Below are positions 9,341 to 18,438 of a DNA stretch of 64,000 nt, in pieces. Made by a program: the position numbers and the translations under genes. The notes under the pieces were generated by a model. It did no database searches. It had not been told where the DNA came from and worked only from the letters and a program-made list of their open reading frames with translations. The DNA is from an alpha proteobacterium HIMB59 (GTDB lineage Bacteria; Pseudomonadota; Alphaproteobacteria; HIMB59): NCBI GenBank assembly GCA_004321805.1, contig SGZV01000002.1:25629-89628 (forward strand), given 5' to 3'. Every line of letters starts with the position of its first letter. Within the stretch, counting starts at the first letter, position 1.

Positions 9341-9478
9341 TTATAATGATATTCTCTTACTCTGATTAACAGGTTTACTGTTTGCCGCAAATACAATTTT
9401 TTGCGAGTTAAGTGAAGAGAAACGAAAGCTCGATGATGCTTTTGAGTTTTTGAGTATATTTAGTCTAATTTTGCTCAT
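9341..9478 (-). CDS. Putative 45-aa basic Ser/Lys-rich microprotein (absent from the ORF track)
   Basis: MSKIRLNILKNSKASSSFRFSSLNSQKIVFAANSKPVNQSKRISL; SD AAGGAG 6 nt before ATG; hairpin after the stop. Confidence 0.55.
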   Translation of the reverse strand: MSKIRLNILKNSKASSSFRFSSLNSQKIVFAANSKPVNQSKRISL

Positions 9479-9674
9479 TCTTTTCTCCTTATATTTCAAT
9501 AATTACTTTTCTTTGTTATTTTTGGATTTGTAATAGACATCTGATGTACAATTTAAGCAAAGCTATCAAAATTTGTTGATTTTATTGTATTTTTCAGTCA
9601 AATGTATGCCCAGATTTTTTCGGGAATGTGATTAACTTGATGTTTTTATTTGTTATTATCGCGTCCTTAATTAT

Positions 9675-12014
9675 ATGAGCAGGTTTAATAAAATTGTAGT
9701 GATCGGTGCTGGTACCATGGGTTCAGGCATAGCTGCACATCTAGCTAACTCTGAAAGAGAAGTCGTGTTGTTAGATCTTAGAGGCAATGACTCACCTAAT
9801 CAAATTTCAGAAAAAGCGATTAACCTTATTAAAAAATCTGATCCTCCTTTATTGGTTGAAAAGTCTAGGTTAAGTCATATTAAGCCAGGCAACCTATCTG
9901 ATGATTTTAATCAAATTAAAGATGCAGATTGGATAATTGAAGCTGTTGTAGAGCGGATAGATATTAAACATCAACTTTACTCTCAAATTGATAAAATCAG
10001 AAATCCTAATTCAATAGTATCCTCTAATACGTCAACAATTCCTTTATCAGTTTTAACTGAGGAAATGTCAGACTCTATGAAATCAGACTTTTGTATAACT
10101 CACTTTTTTAATCCTGTAAGATTTATGCGATTATTAGAAATCGTAGAGACTCCTCAAATTAATGTTAAAAAAATCATTGCTCTTAGAGATTTTTGTCAAA
10201 ATGAATTAGGTAAAGGCATTGTTAATTGTAATGATACACCAGGTTTTATAGGGAACCGAATTGGAGTCTATGCAATGCAAGTGGCGATGTATGAAGCTTT
10301 AGAGCGTGGTCTTCCTGTAGAAATTGCTGATGCTTTATTTGGTCGTCCTTTAGGTATTCCCAAAACTGGAGTTTTTGGATTATATGATTTAATTGGAATT
10401 GATCTTATGAAAGATGTTTTAGCTTCTTTTAAGAAAGAATTACAAGAAGATGATCCTTTTATGGAAGTTGTTAAACCTCATCCTATTGTAGAAAAATTAT
10501 TGGAGAAGGGATACACTGGAAATAAAGGACCTGGTGGTTTTTATGAAAATAAAGTAGTCGATGGAGACGAAATTACTAAAGCATTAAATACTTCAGATAT
10601 GAGTTATTATGATTTTGACAAAGTTGACTTGCCTATTGCTCGTCGAGTTGAAAAGGAAGGTATCAAAGCATTACTGAATAATGATAGTGAATATGGAAAA
10701 TATGTATTTGCCGTTATTTCTAAAATCATTAATTATAGCGCTTTTTGTATCCCTGAAGTATCTTCTAAAGTAACTGATATAGACGATGCCCTTCGTATGG
10801 GCTTCAATTGGCATGAAGGGCCTTTTGAGCTCTTGAATGAATATGGTTTAGAAAATTATATTCACAGACTTCAAGACGAAGGGTCAGATGTACCTGAGCT
10901 ATTGGCTACTATGACTCGTCTCAAACAAGAGCCTTATGACTCTACATCCTCTCGCTCTTATAACCATGAGTCTGGAATGAAATTTATTAATAGAGGTGAT
11001 GGTATTCGTCGATTAGGCGACCATAAAAAATATGCTAATCATGTTGCACGGAATTATGCCTCTACTATTTGGCAATTCACAGATGACATAAGAAAACAAC
11101 GTTTACTAGTATGTGAATTCCATACTAAAGCTAATGCTTTAAATGGTGATGCTATGAAAATTTTAGAAGAAGCATTAGATCGAGTGGAGTCCGATGATTA
11201 TCAAGGACTTGTTGTCTACAATGAAGCGATGAATTTCTCTGCAGGCGCAGATTTAAACACAATGATTGACCTAGCAGATAAATCAGATTGGAACGGGATT
11301 GATAGATATTTATCTCACTTCCAACAAGTTTGTAAAAAAATGAAGTATGCCTCAAAACCTACTATAAGTGCTGTTGCTGGTTTGGCTATAGGTGGTGGAT
11401 TTGAAGTTGCATGTCAAACATCACGTATGGTAGCTCACATGAATAGCACATTAGGATTAGTAGAAACAGGTGTTGGACTTGTTCCTGGTGGTGGTGGATG
11501 TAAAGAATTACTTTGGAGATGGGTTCAAGATCCTGAATATATCAAAGACCATGATGAAGCAGCACTTCGTGTTTTTGATATAATTGGATATGGTTTAATG
11601 GCCCATTCACCCCTTCAAGCAAAAAAACATAAATTCTTTTTAAACAATGATGTAATAGTTTTGAATAGAGATAATTTGTTGGTCGAAGCATTTAAACAAG
11701 TTGATGAGTTAAAAAATGGATACAAAAATCCTTTAAAACCTCAATTCTGCCTTAGCGGACCAGAAGTCAAAGAGAAAATGCATCAACATTTATTAGATTT
11801 AGAGAAAAAAAATATAATTTTTGGATATGACGTTGAAATAGGTCTTCATTTAGCAACTGTTTTAAGTGGAGGGGATACAGATAAATCTAAAACTTTAACT
11901 GAACAAGACCTTTATAATTTAGAGCGACAGTCCCTTATAAATTTAATACAATCACAAAAAACACGCGATAGGATCCATGCGATGCTATTAAATGGAAGAA
12001 GACTAAAAAACTAA
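9675..12014 (+). CDS. 3-hydroxyacyl-CoA dehydrogenase / enoyl-CoA hydratase fusion (FadN-type domain order)
   Basis: GAGTMGSGIA, IIEAVVE, SNTST, HFFNP, PGFIGNR; C-terminal crotonase motifs FSAGADL, GGGFE, GLVPGGGG. Confidence 0.92.
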   Translation: MSRFNKIVVIGAGTMGSGIAAHLANSEREVVLLDLRGNDSPNQISEKAINLIKKSDPPLLVEKSRLSHIKPGNLSDDFNQIKDADWIIEAVVERIDIKHQLYSQIDKIRNPNSIVSSNTSTIPLSVLTEEMSDSMKSDFCITHFFNPVRFMRLLEIVETPQINVKKIIALRDFCQNELGKGIVNCNDTPGFIGNRIGVYAMQVAMYEALERGLPVEIADALFGRPLGIPKTGVFGLYDLIGIDLMKDVLASFKKELQEDDPFMEVVKPHPIVEKLLEKGYTGNKGPGGFYENKVVDGDEITKALNTSDMSYYDFDKVDLPIARRVEKEGIKALLNNDSEYGKYVFAVISKIINYSAFCIPEVSSKVTDIDDALRMGFNWHEGPFELLNEYGLENYIHRLQDEGSDVPELLATMTRLKQEPYDSTSSRSYNHESGMKFINRGDGIRRLGDHKKYANHVARNYASTIWQFTDDIRKQRLLVCEFHTKANALNGDAMKILEEALDRVESDDYQGLVVYNEAMNFSAGADLNTMIDLADKSDWNGIDRYLSHFQQVCKKMKYASKPTISAVAGLAIGGGFEVACQTSRMVAHMNSTLGLVETGVGLVPGGGGCKELLWRWVQDPEYIKDHDEAALRVFDIIGYGLMAHSPLQAKKHKFFLNNDVIVLNRDNLLVEAFKQVDELKNGYKNPLKPQFCLSGPEVKEKMHQHLLDLEKKNIIFGYDVEIGLHLATVLSGGDTDKSKTLTEQDLYNLERQSLINLIQSQKTRDRIHAMLLNGRRLKN

Positions 12015-13639
12015 TGAATAATTTTGAACAAGGAATGCAAAGAAATGATGCAAACTTTGTTCCTCTTACGCCTCTGAGTTTCCTCGATAGAATTAAAGAT
12101 GTCTATCCAGACTATGAAGCATTAATTTATCAAGACAGAAAATATACATGGAAACAGGTTTATGATCGTTGTATTCAGTTTGCTAGCGCTCTAAATAAAA
12201 TAGGAATAGCAGAGGGGGATGTAGTTTCCATCATGGCTGCAAATACCCCAGAGCTTTTTGAGGCCCATTACTCTGTTCCCATGACTGGTGGAGTAATTAA
12301 TACTATTAACACTCGTTTGGATGTTCGCACAGTTGCTTACATTCTTGATCATAGTGATTGTAAAGTATTTATTGTAGATCGTCAGTTTCAAAAAGTAGCC
12401 AGTGAAGCTTTAGCTCAAGTTGATCGAGAAATTACAGTTATTGATATTGATGATCAGCATGCAGGTTTAGGTGAAATACCTTCACTTGGTAAACTAGAAT
12501 ATGAAAGTTTTTTATTATCAGGAGATAAAGATTTTGAATGGGTAAGGCCAAAAGATGAATGGCAAGCTATATCACTTAGTTATACTTCTGGAACAACAGG
12601 AAATCCTAAAGGAGTTGTATATCATCATCGTGGCTCTTATCTGATGTCTATGGGTAGTGTGAGTGCCTGGAATATGCCAAACCGCCTTACTTATTTATAT
12701 ACAGTTCCTATGTTTCATTGTAACGGTTGGGGATATCCATGGACACTAGCAATGTTACATGCAAGGGTTGTTTTTGTTAGAAATATTATTGTTAAAGACA
12801 TTTTTGATTTAATTGATAAATATGAAGTCACTCACTTTGGAGGGGCCCCTATAGTATTAAATATAATCGCTAATGCCCCACCAGAAGATCAAAAATTATT
12901 GAAAAATAAGATTTATGTTATGACAGCAGGTGCGCCTCCTCCTTCATCAATTTTACAGAAAATGGAATCATTAGGATTTGAGGTAATGCATGTCTATGGC
13001 TTAACAGAAACATATGGTCATGTTACACATTGCGCTTGGAATGAGGATTGGAATAATCTTTCAGAGGAAGATCGCTTTGAACGAAAATCTTTTCAGGGTG
13101 TAAGGTATCCTCACACTGAAGTTGTCACTGTTTTAAATCCTGATACTTTTGAGCCAGTTCCCTTTGATGGTGAGACTATGGGAGAGATTATGATACGGGG
13201 TAATACAGTGATGAAGGGATACTATAAAAATGAAGAAGCAACAAAACTATCTTTGAAAAATGGATGGTTTCACTCTGGAGATTTAGCTGTCATTCATCCT
13301 AATGGTTATATTCAAGTTAAGGATCGTTCAAAGGATATTATTATTAGTGGTGGTGAAAATATTTCATCAGTTGAAATAGAAAATATTATAATAAAACACC
13401 CTACGGTATCTCTAGCAGCTGTTGTAGCTCGACCAGATGAGAAGTGGGGAGAGACACCATGTGCTTTCATTGAACTAGCAGAAGGTCAAGATGTTACAGA
13501 AGAGGAATTAAAAACTTTTTGTCGTCAACACTTAGCTGGTTTTAAAATGCCAAAAACATTTATATTTCAAACACTACCTAAGACATCTACAGGTAAGATT
13601 CAAAAATTTGAATTACGTAATATCGTAAAAAAACTTTAA
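12014..13639 (+). CDS. Acyl-CoA synthetase (AMP-forming; short/medium-chain, DmdB-like family)
   Basis: LTPLSFL, YTSGTTGNPKG, YGLTE, GWFHSGD, SGGENI, LPKTSTGKIQK. Confidence 0.9.
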   Translation: MNNFEQGMQRNDANFVPLTPLSFLDRIKDVYPDYEALIYQDRKYTWKQVYDRCIQFASALNKIGIAEGDVVSIMAANTPELFEAHYSVPMTGGVINTINTRLDVRTVAYILDHSDCKVFIVDRQFQKVASEALAQVDREITVIDIDDQHAGLGEIPSLGKLEYESFLLSGDKDFEWVRPKDEWQAISLSYTSGTTGNPKGVVYHHRGSYLMSMGSVSAWNMPNRLTYLYTVPMFHCNGWGYPWTLAMLHARVVFVRNIIVKDIFDLIDKYEVTHFGGAPIVLNIIANAPPEDQKLLKNKIYVMTAGAPPPSSILQKMESLGFEVMHVYGLTETYGHVTHCAWNEDWNNLSEEDRFERKSFQGVRYPHTEVVTVLNPDTFEPVPFDGETMGEIMIRGNTVMKGYYKNEEATKLSLKNGWFHSGDLAVIHPNGYIQVKDRSKDIIISGGENISSVEIENIIIKHPTVSLAAVVARPDEKWGETPCAFIELAEGQDVTEEELKTFCRQHLAGFKMPKTFIFQTLPKTSTGKIQKFELRNIVKKL

Positions 13640-13836
13640 TTACTTTTTTCTTTTTGATTAGGTTTAGGAATAATCCTCATATTTTTTAATTTTTTAAAAC
13701 AATTATAACAAACCATATTGTGATAAGATGATATCAAATTTTGTATTTTTTGAGGAGAGCTATGGATCTCAGACTCGATATAAAGAGCATCCATTGTAGA
13801 GAGCTCACTCTCGCAGTATTTACACGACTCGCTCAT
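13636..13836 (-). CDS. Hypothetical 4-Cys microprotein, third gene of the photolyase operon
   Basis: CKYC-x34-CYNC; in frame with the upstream ORF and separated from it by TAA TAG. Confidence 0.6.
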   Translation of the reverse strand: MSESCKYCESELSTMDALYIESEIHSSPQKIQNLISSYHNMVCYNCFKKLKNMRIIPKPNQKEKSN

Positions 13837-13839
13837 CTA

Positions 13840-14235
13840 TTAATATTTTAGAGATTTCTTAATTTTGTTCCAATACTGAAAAAATCTTTTTGCTGGTTGT
13901 AGATATTTATCTGTTGATAAAAAATAGTCGGGTAAAAGGTCTAGAACATATATCTCTTGAATTTGTAGAAATAAATTTTGGTATTCGGGTATAAAGGTTT
14001 TTTTAGAGATTATTGAGGAAATAGGGTTTTTTTGGTTAATTTCATTTATCACTCTTGAGGTATTTCCTTTATAGATAATGGCCCCAGCTTGTTCTGCCAA
14101 AAAATACCTATATTCAACGACTTTATCACTAATTTGATAGTTTTTTTGAAGATCTTGATCAAAAATATAAATGGGCTGCCCTTCAACATTATTTGGAACT
14201 CTCATGAACTCTTCGTATAGATAAATGATTTTCAT
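13840..14235 (-). CDS. Photolyase-associated protein, probable stand-alone antenna/alpha-beta domain
   Basis: ATGA overlap with the FAD-domain gene; IIYLYEE..R, PIYIFD, IS.K...Y, IYKG and RFFQYW resemble photolyase alpha/beta-domain motifs. Confidence 0.6.
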   Translation of the reverse strand: MKIIYLYEEFMRVPNNVEGQPIYIFDQDLQKNYQISDKVVEYRYFLAEQAGAIIYKGNTSRVINEINQKNPISSIISKKTFIPEYQNLFLQIQEIYVLDLLPDYFLSTDKYLQPAKRFFQYWNKIKKSLKY

Positions 14236-14969
14236 AAGTTGGGGAAAAGCCTCTTGCTAATGTCTTCATAACTTCCATCAATTTCTAAATTTTCAGAGGG
14301 GTTGATAGCAATTTTCTTTCCAGAATATTTAATAACATTGTCTAAGTTGAATATATAAGGTTTACCAGCAAAGGTACTTGCTATCCATTGCCAGGAGAAA
14401 TTATTACTAGCTAAGTCACCGTCAAGTAAATGCTCCAAAAAAAACTTCGCACCAGCTTGCCATTTTATTTTTCGGAAATGAACAATATAGGAAGCAAGAT
14501 ACATTCTTGCATGATTATGTATAAATCCTGTTTCGATTAGCTCTCGGATAAAGTGGTTTATAATTGCAGTTGGCGTTTGCCCTGTGAGAATATCATTTGG
14601 TAATTCATCTCTATAATCATGAGATTTAAATCCTGTTTTATATTCTTCGACATCCTTCCAAAGATAATCGGGATTTTGATAAGCATAGCTTCTCCAAAAA
14701 TCTCGCCAAGCTAATTCTTGGATAAACTTTTCACTTTCGATGTAGGAATATTTCTGTTTGTTTAAATTAAAAATCTCTTGGTTTGTAACAATACCATGTT
14801 TAATAGCAATAGATAAACGGGAGATATGACCATCCAAATAGTTTCTAGTTTTAGCATATTTTTCTGGGTTAAAATTTTCAAATAAAGAGAGTATTTCTGA
14901 TTTAACACAAGATGGAAGGTTTTGTTCAGTTGTGTTAGAAATTAAGTCAGTAATTTTTTTAATTTGCAC
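14232..14969 (-). CDS. Short DNA photolyase, FAD-binding catalytic domain only
   Basis: YAKTRN, SRLS..IKHG, FIQELAWRDFW, TGFIHNHARMYLAS, LLDGDLASNNFSWQW; GTG start. Confidence 0.88.
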   Translation of the reverse strand: MQIKKITDLISNTTEQNLPSCVKSEILSLFENFNPEKYAKTRNYLDGHISRLSIAIKHGIVTNQEIFNLNKQKYSYIESEKFIQELAWRDFWRSYAYQNPDYLWKDVEEYKTGFKSHDYRDELPNDILTGQTPTAIINHFIRELIETGFIHNHARMYLASYIVHFRKIKWQAGAKFFLEHLLDGDLASNNFSWQWIASTFAGKPYIFNLDNVIKYSGKKIAINPSENLEIDGSYEDISKRLFPNL

Positions 14970-15005
14970 TTCAATTTATACTAACGCTTAGAAATGTTAG
15001 ATTGA

Positions 15006-15872
15006 CTAAAATCTAAATGTGACTGAACTTCCAGGGGGTAGTTGGGCAATTTTAGAAACATCATCACTAGCTAATAACGCAATTTTGGGATAACCGCCAG
15101 TACAGGGAATATCTCTAAGTAAAACAATTGGCTGGCCGTTGCTAGGAATTTGAATGCTTCCAGGCAATATACCCTCCGATAAAATATCATGAGATCTTTG
15201 ACTGATTACAGGCTCTCCCTTGAGCCTTAGTCCCATTCGATCACTTTGAGACGTAATAGTATAGGGAGTTGATGCAAATTGCTGGATAGTTTCATCACTA
15301 AAAAAATTCAGTTGAGGGCCCGCAAATACTTTAAAATCTAACTGTTTTTCAATATTGATCTCATCATTAAAAGCTAAATCCCAGGACCTTACTTTTTCTT
15401 TAATATGAAAACTATCACCTATTTGAAGAGGGCGTGGAATACTTCCGATTTGAGACTTTGTATCCGTTGCATAGCTATCAAGACATGGCTTAAGTCCTAA
15501 TCCATTCTCGAAAGCTATATAGCCATAAACTGAGTCAATTGTATTATGGATATTTAACTCATCTCCTTCAAAGAGATTAATGCTTGTATAGGGTTTGTGC
15601 TCTATCTGAGTGTTATTTTGCTTTTGAACGAATATTTTACAATCTCCCCCTACACAGGCTTTTATTGCCCCTTGAGTAATTTTTAATGATGGTCCAACAT
15701 ACGCAAATTCCAAAAATTGATTTCCATGATGGTTTATAATTGACTCTAATGCTATCAAAATTCTATGATCCATTGCACCACTCGGAGAGATGCCAAGATG
15801 TTGGTAGCGAAATCTTCCAAAATCCTGAACAGTAAGATATGTACCAGTTCTTGATATTAATAAACTGTTCAT
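15006..15872 (-). CDS. pxpC: 5-oxoprolinase subunit C (AHS2 family)
   Basis: TVQDFGR, GAMD, SDRMGLRL, GSIQIP.NGQPIVL, TGGYPKI. Confidence 0.9.
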   Translation of the reverse strand: MNSLLISRTGTYLTVQDFGRFRYQHLGISPSGAMDHRILIALESIINHHGNQFLEFAYVGPSLKITQGAIKACVGGDCKIFVQKQNNTQIEHKPYTSINLFEGDELNIHNTIDSVYGYIAFENGLGLKPCLDSYATDTKSQIGSIPRPLQIGDSFHIKEKVRSWDLAFNDEINIEKQLDFKVFAGPQLNFFSDETIQQFASTPYTITSQSDRMGLRLKGEPVISQRSHDILSEGILPGSIQIPSNGQPIVLLRDIPCTGGYPKIALLASDDVSKIAQLPPGSSVTFRF

Positions 15873-16588
15873 TGTGAGTATTCCTTTATTAAATCCTGAA
15901 AAGGTAACTTACATTTTTGAATATCTTCAAATTCAGAAAGTGTTATAGAATAAAATTGCACTCTATCTCCCGGAAGAAATAATGAGGCTCTTGGATGACT
16001 CAAATCAAATATGTCGAAAGGGACTTGGGCAATTATATTCCACCCCCCAGGTGAAACTTTAGGATAAACGCAAGTATGTTTTTTTGCTATACCAACAGAT
16101 CTTGCTGGGATTTGAACTCTTGGAGATTCTAGTCGTGGAGTGATCAACGATGAAGGTACCTCACCTAAGTAAGGAAAGCCCGGCATAAAACCAATATAGT
16201 AGGTATAGTAAATTTTATTAGTGTGCAGATTAATAACATCTTGTTTTGAAATATTGTGAAGTTTTTGAATATTTTCGATATCAAGGGCGAAGGAGTTATC
16301 ATAGCAGGCAGGAATTTTCCATATTTTTTGGTAAGAGGACTTTTTAGAGGGTTTAAAATTATGAATTTGACTTTTAAGCAAATCCAAAGATTTATCTTTA
16401 TTTTCAATAGTATTAAAGTGTAAAACAATTTTATTGAATGAGGGAGTGATATTTAAAACAGGAAGATTTAACCCTTTAAGAAAAGAGAAAAGAAGATTTA
16501 TTTCTTGAGATATTTCTTGAGAGCTTTCATTACCAAAATCAATTATAAGACCCCTGTCTCCATAGTGATTTATCTCTTTGAAAAACAT
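15869..16588 (-). CDS. pxpB: 5-oxoprolinase subunit B (AHS1/KipI family)
   Basis: YGDRG, IGFMPGFPYL, PRLESPR, SVGIA, YP..SPGGWNII. Confidence 0.9.
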   Translation of the reverse strand: MFFKEINHYGDRGLIIDFGNESSQEISQEINLLFSFLKGLNLPVLNITPSFNKIVLHFNTIENKDKSLDLLKSQIHNFKPSKKSSYQKIWKIPACYDNSFALDIENIQKLHNISKQDVINLHTNKIYYTYYIGFMPGFPYLGEVPSSLITPRLESPRVQIPARSVGIAKKHTCVYPKVSPGGWNIIAQVPFDIFDLSHPRASLFLPGDRVQFYSITLSEFEDIQKCKLPFQDLIKEYSQ

Positions 16589-16611
16589 AAGATTATTTTA
16601 ATGTAATATCT

Positions 16612-17385
16612 ATGACTGTGAATAAAATTAATTTTAATTCGGATTTAGGTGAGCAAGATGAATTTTTTTTTAATAAAGTTGATAAGCCTCTCTTAAAACA
16701 AATTAATTCAGCTAATGTAAGTTGTCTTTTTCATGGAGGCTATCATGATGTTGTAAAAAAAGCAGTTCATGAATGTCAAAAACAAGGAGTAAGTATTGGT
16801 GCTCACGTATCTTTTAATGATAAGGAAAATTTTGGAAGGAAAATTCATTCTTGGAATAAGCAATCACTCCACGATCTACTTAGCAAGCAAATTCAATTTA
16901 TGATTGATATTACAAAAGATTTTCATATATCAATATCGCATTTAAAACCCCATGGTGCCCTTAATACACTAGCCTGTCGAGATGAGGATTTAGCATATGA
17001 AATAACTTCATTTATAAATGAATTCTATCCGAATTTGATTATCCTGGCTCCCTCTTTAAGTTTGTTAGCAGATGCTAGTCAAAATGAAGGTCTTCAAACC
17101 GCCCTTGAGGTTTTTGTTGACCGGACCTATGAAGACGATGGTTCCTTATCCCCTCGCTCTATTCAAGGTGCAGTAATACAAGATCCAATTCTATCTCAAA
17201 GACATATAAAAAAAATGATTACCGAGAGGGCTATTATAAGTCGAAATGGCTTAATATTAAAAACACCTTTTCATTCTATTTGTCTCCACAGCGATACACC
17301 AAATAGTGTTGAAATTTCGAAACAAATTTGCATACTTCTCCAATCAATGAATATCGAACAAAAGACCCTACCAGAATTATTTTAA
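16612..17385 (+). CDS. pxpA: 5-oxoprolinase subunit A (LamB/YcsF family)
   Basis: NSDLGE, SANVSC.FH.G, GAHVS..D..NFGR, HLKPHGAL, EVFVDRTY, SICLHSDTP. Confidence 0.9.
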   Translation: MTVNKINFNSDLGEQDEFFFNKVDKPLLKQINSANVSCLFHGGYHDVVKKAVHECQKQGVSIGAHVSFNDKENFGRKIHSWNKQSLHDLLSKQIQFMIDITKDFHISISHLKPHGALNTLACRDEDLAYEITSFINEFYPNLIILAPSLSLLADASQNEGLQTALEVFVDRTYEDDGSLSPRSIQGAVIQDPILSQRHIKKMITERAIISRNGLILKTPFHSICLHSDTPNSVEISKQICILLQSMNIEQKTLPELF

Positions 17386-17390
17386 TTATA

Positions 17391-17888
17391 ATGGATCACT
17401 ATTTTTTTTACGGAACTCTGCGATCTCTATTTGTCCTTGAAGCTGTGATCGGCAGGTCTTCTTCAGATTTGATATTTCAAGAAGCATTTGTCCCTGACAG
17501 CGAACTCCGAATAGTTGTTAATGAGTCGTTTCCCGTCATAATATTCGATTCTTTATATAAAGGAGTCAATGGCACTCTTGTTCAAGGATTAAACAGTGAA
17601 GACATATCTAGAATATTATTTTTTGAAGATGTGGAGTTTACTCCTCAAAAATTATTAGCAAGAGTTGGTCAAAAAAATATCCAAGCTAAGTACTTCTCTC
17701 AACATGGGGTCAGACCCTCTGATGATCCTTGGTCATTTGAAGAGTGGAAAAAAAAGGATGAAAAATTATCTACGATAACAGCTAAGCTGTGGATGGAGCT
17801 ATATGGGAAATACACAGCAGTAGAAGCTGAACAATTTTGGAGTGAAATTAAAACAAAAGCCATATCTAAATTTAATCTTAATGATTAA
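17391..17888 (+). CDS. Gamma-glutamylcyclotransferase-family protein
   Basis: YFFYGTL signature, V.G.LV and LFFE; start moved to ATG 17391. Confidence 0.8.
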   Translation: MDHYFFYGTLRSLFVLEAVIGRSSSDLIFQEAFVPDSELRIVVNESFPVIIFDSLYKGVNGTLVQGLNSEDISRILFFEDVEFTPQKLLARVGQKNIQAKYFSQHGVRPSDDPWSFEEWKKKDEKLSTITAKLWMELYGKYTAVEAEQFWSEIKTKAISKFNLND

Positions 17889-18438
17889 GCTAATTACATT
17901 ATTACTTACTTTTAATGTTATTTTTCAATCAACTTTAATTGCTAAAGATAAAGAAATTGAGCTTCTACAGGAGGGTGGAAAAGTTGTTTTTATTAGACAT
18001 GCATATGCCCCTGGTGGAGGAGATCCCATAAATTTTATAATTGATGATTGTAATACTCAAAGAAATTTAAACGAACAAGGTATTAATCAATCATATACAA
18101 TTGGTGCAATTTTTCACAATAACCAAATTCCAATAGATAGGGTTTTATCTAGTCAGTGGTGTAGATGTTTAGATACTGCAAAGTTTGCTTTTGAGAATTT
18201 TGAAATATGGAATACTTTAAATTCAACATTTTCAGAAACTTTCAGAAAAAACCATGCTGAACAGATATCAGAATTAAGAGAATTTTTAAAACATTGGGAC
18301 GATAGCAAAGGTAATCTTATACTTGTTACCCACTATGTCATTATCGAAGGTGCTTTAAATTATTACTCAAGTTCAGGTGAGATAGTAATTGCTAATAAAT
18401 ATCTTGAGGTTCTGGGTAATATTAAAACTAAGTACTAA
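17881..18438 (+). CDS. Exported histidine phosphatase-family protein
   Basis: Signal peptide, IRHA, QRNL...G..Q, SS.WCRC.DTA, LVTH; start moved to ATG 17881. Confidence 0.85.
   Translation: MIKLITLLLTFNVIFQSTLIAKDKEIELLQEGGKVVFIRHAYAPGGGDPINFIIDDCNTQRNLNEQGINQSYTIGAIFHNNQIPIDRVLSSQWCRCLDTAKFAFENFEIWNTLNSTFSETFRKNHAEQISELREFLKHWDDSKGNLILVTHYVIIEGALNYYSSSGEIVIANKYLEVLGNIKTKY

Noticed and set aside
9565-9580. ATCAA-N6-TTGAT as an FNR box
   Set aside because: Half-sites are in the wrong order and spacing for TTGAT-N4-ATCAA; likely chance in AT-rich DNA.
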